From positions 17,920,001 through 17,984,000 of the forward strand of contig NC_058369.1 of assembly GCF_018350175.1 (NCBI RefSeq): DNA of 64,000 nucleotides. Direction: 5' to 3'. The stretch is from Felis catus. Taxonomy: Eukaryota. The notes below the pieces were generated by a model. That model searched no databases. It was not told the origin of the DNA and saw only the letters and a list, made by a program, of their open reading frames with translations. A program made the position numbers and the translations under genes. Below are positions 60,131 to 64,000 of this stretch, one piece after another (the first letter of the stretch is position 1; each line of letters begins with the position of its first letter).

Positions 60131-63100
60131 TGGAACACTCAACATTTAACTGTAGTCTGAGTTAAAGCTGGCAACAGAGGTGAGAAGAAAACCGGGAGAA
60201 CTGGATGTTCCCGAGAAGGTGGTCGGTCCTTGAAGCACGAGGGAGGAGTCCATTGTGGTGACTTCAGCTAAGACTCTGGGGAGCCGGCATGTGCTTTGGC
60301 TCCGCTCTTGTAAATCTCTGGGGACTTCGGTGCTGTACTGTGGCCAGAACAGGAGGTGAGGAGGCGACTATAGGGAAGTCTCAAGGCTTTTGCCGTGAAA
60401 AGAGAACAGTGGGGCAGGAGCTAGGGGGGCACATGGGGAACGGAGGAGGAGCCCGGGGCTTCTGACCCATCGTTTCTGTGTTCTTTAAAGATGAGGTGAG
60501 GCCATTGCTGAGGGGGCAGGGGCACAAAAGGTTAGAGGATGAGCCGAGGGCCAGGCAGCGAGCACTGCAAGGGGCCTGGAGATGAAGCGTGGCGGAGGTT
60601 GCTGAGCAGAGACCTTGTCTCTGGGGTGCAAGTAGCTGGGCCCCAGGCAGGGATCTGCCAGGGCGAAAGAAGTTGTCCAAAAGTGGAGGAGTGAGAGTTG
60701 GACCAGAAGATGGAGGCAGCCTTTCTGTGCTAGAGATCCCAGTTGGGGACCACTTTGTTCTTCCCACACAGCCCTGGCCTGGGATTGAGGAAGGGAGGGC
60801 TCCTCTCTGCTGGGGCCAGGGCCAGGGCCAGGGCCAGGGCCAGGGAAAGGGTCGGGAGGGAGTGTGTGGGTAGAGCTGTTCTGGGGTCAGTTATCTATCA
60901 GAAACCCTTCCCTGCCTGTTCCTTAAATCAAGCTGGCCATTCTCCATCAACTCCCCCCCCCGGGGCCCAGGGCTCCCAAGGTCCCCAGTGTCAGAGGGTT
61001 GTACAGGCAGCTCCGAGCCCAGTTCAGAACATGATGTTCCCACCAGGGCAGCGGCAGGACTCAGGTCCCCCACAACCCTACCTCCTCCCCTGCATCCATA
61101 GCTCTGGGAAGTATGCCAGTTGGGGAGGGGCTGGCTGCAAATCACTCCCGATTTTGTTGTTGTTGTTATGGAACAAAAGGCAGGAAAATTACCAAGAAAA
61201 GGCTCCCACAGGACCAAGATGGAGGCAGCTCCTAGCACATTGTCCTGGACACACACCTCGTCCTCACCATGTCCAGGCTGCGAAGAGCCACAAAGGACAC
61301 TGGAAATTCCCATTGTGCTGGAAGGCTGCCTGGTCTCAGCGAGCCGTACTCTGGCACTCTTAATGTACCTTTGCCTTCACTTTGTAAACCTGGCCCATGA
61401 CCAGTTCCCAGGCGCAAGGCTAGCCCTCCTGGGATATAAAACTAGCTTTATCCATTTTTCAGGTATGAGAATAACTCACATAGGTTTTCAGTTGTGAGGC
61501 GGGTTCTCTGTCAGGGAGTGGGCCTGCTTTTTGCTGTGAGCCAGAGATGCCCAGCTTAAAGTGATCACAAGGGAGAGACCATACCAGCCACTGAACCCCA
61601 GCCCCCTACTGTGGTTGGGCCTAGGCCCAGCCCAGGCAGGTGAGGGGCCGGACTGGAATTCCACTGGGCCAAGGCATGTAGGCAAAGCCAAGGGCAGAGG
61701 AGTGGATGCCCTCCAATAGCCTGCTTCCTTCTTTACAGAGGAGGAAGCCAAGGTGTTGGAGGGTCTCCAACTCCTCATCTGACCAGCCTTAGCCTGGAGC
61801 TGCCAGTCCAGTGGAGCCATCTTGAGTTCTGAAGGGTCAGTGCCCTGAGTTGGGGGGCTGGGGGTCATGTGCTTTCTGTCTCCCAGCTCTGTCCTGGTTA
61901 GGAGAGCACTCTGGCTTCCAGAGCTGGAAGCTTCAACAGCCCCTCATCTGGGGTCATATGAATCTGTATGTGGCCTCATTTTGCATCCTGGGCATGGGGC
62001 TGTGGGCCAGCCCTGGGACAGGACGCCAGGAGTCCAACGTGGCTCATGTGCGATTCCATCTTGCTTGGGATTGATGCACATCTGCTCCAAAGGCCTCTGC
62101 CCCGATTGTCCTACAGATCCGAGCCTCGGCATCAGGTCCCCCACTCCTCCAGCTGCCCAGGCTGGGCTCATGGCAGGCATGGGAGAGTGTGCTGCAGATG
62201 TCCCCTCGAGCCTAGGCCTTTCACTTTCAAAATGAAAATGTCCAGGCTAGCTATGCTTGGATGTTATGCTGGAAAGTGCTGGTTTGCTTGTCTGGTGGGT
62301 CTAGACTTAAGCTTTTCCTTTTTACCAGTTTGCCAGAAAAATAACCAACTGCAAATCCCTGCTTCCTCATTCTGGGGGCCTGAGGACCTGGCCAGAAAAG
62401 AGATTGCTGGATCTGGCTTTCTGCAGAGCACACAGTGACTTTTGACCCTTGGCTCAGTGCAATTCTGCACAGGGAGGAAGTGGTAGGGCGATGGCCAAGA
62501 AGGCCATGGAGATTTGGCTGGTACTATTTAGACCTCCTTCCTCAACAGCTGACCGGCAAATGCCCACCCTTCTGCCTATTAGGATGGACTGATTGGTGGG
62601 GTGAGGTCCTGGCTTTCCTAGTGTCTGTGGGTAGCTCCTTTGGTTTCACACTCCAGCCTGGGCAGCCTCCTGCCCTCTAGTCTACAAATGGGTTGGGCAC
62701 TGCTTGACTTATGCACTTAAAGACAAGCCAGATAACTGGTTTGATAGAAGAGAAAGAAGTGCTCACAGGAGCAAGGATTCTGGCTGGGAAGAACTCAAAG
62801 AAAAAGGGGTAGAAATGTCACACAGTAGAAACAAATTTCAGAAAAGTTTGATTTTTTAGCACATGACATTACAAAATGCAACCTAGACCCAAAAGGCATC
62901 TCTGGCCAAGTTTCACCATGATGTTTAGGATGGCTAGGATGATGGTGACAATTTCTGAGGAGTCCCTACCTGGAGGGAGTCTCCTTCAAATCTCAAATCT
63001 AGTCTTTCTCCTTTTACAGTGCCTCAGATGCTTGCGTAACCAGAATGGTGTGATGTGGGCTAGAGCAGTGAGGGGTAGTGCATGCTTGGCACTCACTTTA

Positions 63101-63599
63101 CGAAGAGGCAATGGCAGCCCTGAAGGAGAAAAACAGCATGACCAAGGGAAGCAATAAGGTATTGGGAACATGATCATCCTTGAAATAGGAGATCCGGGCT
63201 GCTGCCTGTGAGTCTGGAAACATGGGCTCCATCATCAGTGGAAGAAAGGTCCAGAATGCCTTGGTGAATCTTACTATCATTGTTCTTGCTAATTCCTGGA
63301 GTTTAAACACAGTGTCAGGAATGTCCACAGCAGGTCACCAAAATGTGCTCAATGAATAAATAAACTGAGTTCAGACCGAATTTCTAACACTCTCATTTAG
63401 AACTTGGGTAATACTCATCTAAATTCACAAGTGGTTATTATTCAGTGTGTTCTTGTTCAACACCCTGCATTTTATCTGCATATCCCCGATATAACCAGGT
63501 AACAGTATCTGTGCCGTCATCTGTGACGGAGCATTTGTCTGTAGAGGAGATGGGTAAAGGAAGCAAAATTTATACTTAACATGATGCCTTATGAGACAA

Positions 63600-64000
63600 C
63601 CACAGATTCCTTAATCACAATATAAGTAAACTGTTTTAATTCTGTTATAAAATGAATGCACTAAGATCACCGAGGATATATTCAGGTACCTTTGATGGGG
63701 CAAATTCAGAGCTTCATGTTAGAACATTCAAGAAAGCAAAGTCCTCAAGTGACATGTACTCTGAGACTGTGAACGATATGATCTTAACATTGTCCTGGCG
63801 CTTAATAACTGTTCATAGCAACACCACCACTAAAACCACAAAGGCCAAACCATTTAATTTTAAAGGCCATTTTGGCTTTGAGAGAGTTCAACTACTAGTT
63901 TCTTGAGCCCCAAGGGGATATTTTGTATGTTCACCCACTACTTGATACTTGTGTACCACCAGGTCAAGGCAAGATCAAACTGGAACACGATTTTATCGTA
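63600..64000 (-). other. Possible 3' UTR end of the next syntenic gene (PRKAR2A in human)
   Basis: Unique AT-rich sequence with ATTAAA on the minus strand (63640-63635). The identity is inferred from human gene order only; no coding exon is visible. Confidence 0.25.

Noticed and set aside
60381..62438. Cluster of 120-206 aa ORFs in the distal interval
   Set aside because: No recognisable domains or consistent splice structure, mostly non-ATG starts, and one includes a (CCAGGG)n repeat.

Overview
Mammalian genomic DNA from a carnivore, most likely a felid (dense Can-SINE/SINEC_Fc-like elements and a carnivore-type L1 3' end). It is syntenic with human 3p21.31, and all genes lie on the minus strand: the 5' part of CELSR3 exon 1 (CDS 1231 to <1), the complete 13-exon NCKIPSD/SPIN90 gene (721 aa, 19609-10099), and the complete IP6K2 gene (non-coding exon 1 near 52.0 kb; five coding exons, 425 aa, 30172-21749). 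A repeat-rich interval follows, possibly ending in the PRKAR2A 3' UTR (low confidence). I see no prokaryotic system, CRISPR array or novel protein family. The most interesting signals are post-transcriptional. IP6K2 has a U12-type intron with a duplicated U12-like donor 18 nt downstream. Its exon-2 leader has no stop in the kinase frame, so candidate upstream exons would give N-terminal extensions and an exon 2-3 circle would be a 555-nt endless ORF. It also has an alternative terminal exon that would remove the kinase domain. CELSR3 has a stop-start uORF chain and an upstream in-frame ATG. Exon coordinates were read by hand from splice signals. Repeat boundaries and family names are approximate, and human comparisons are from memory.
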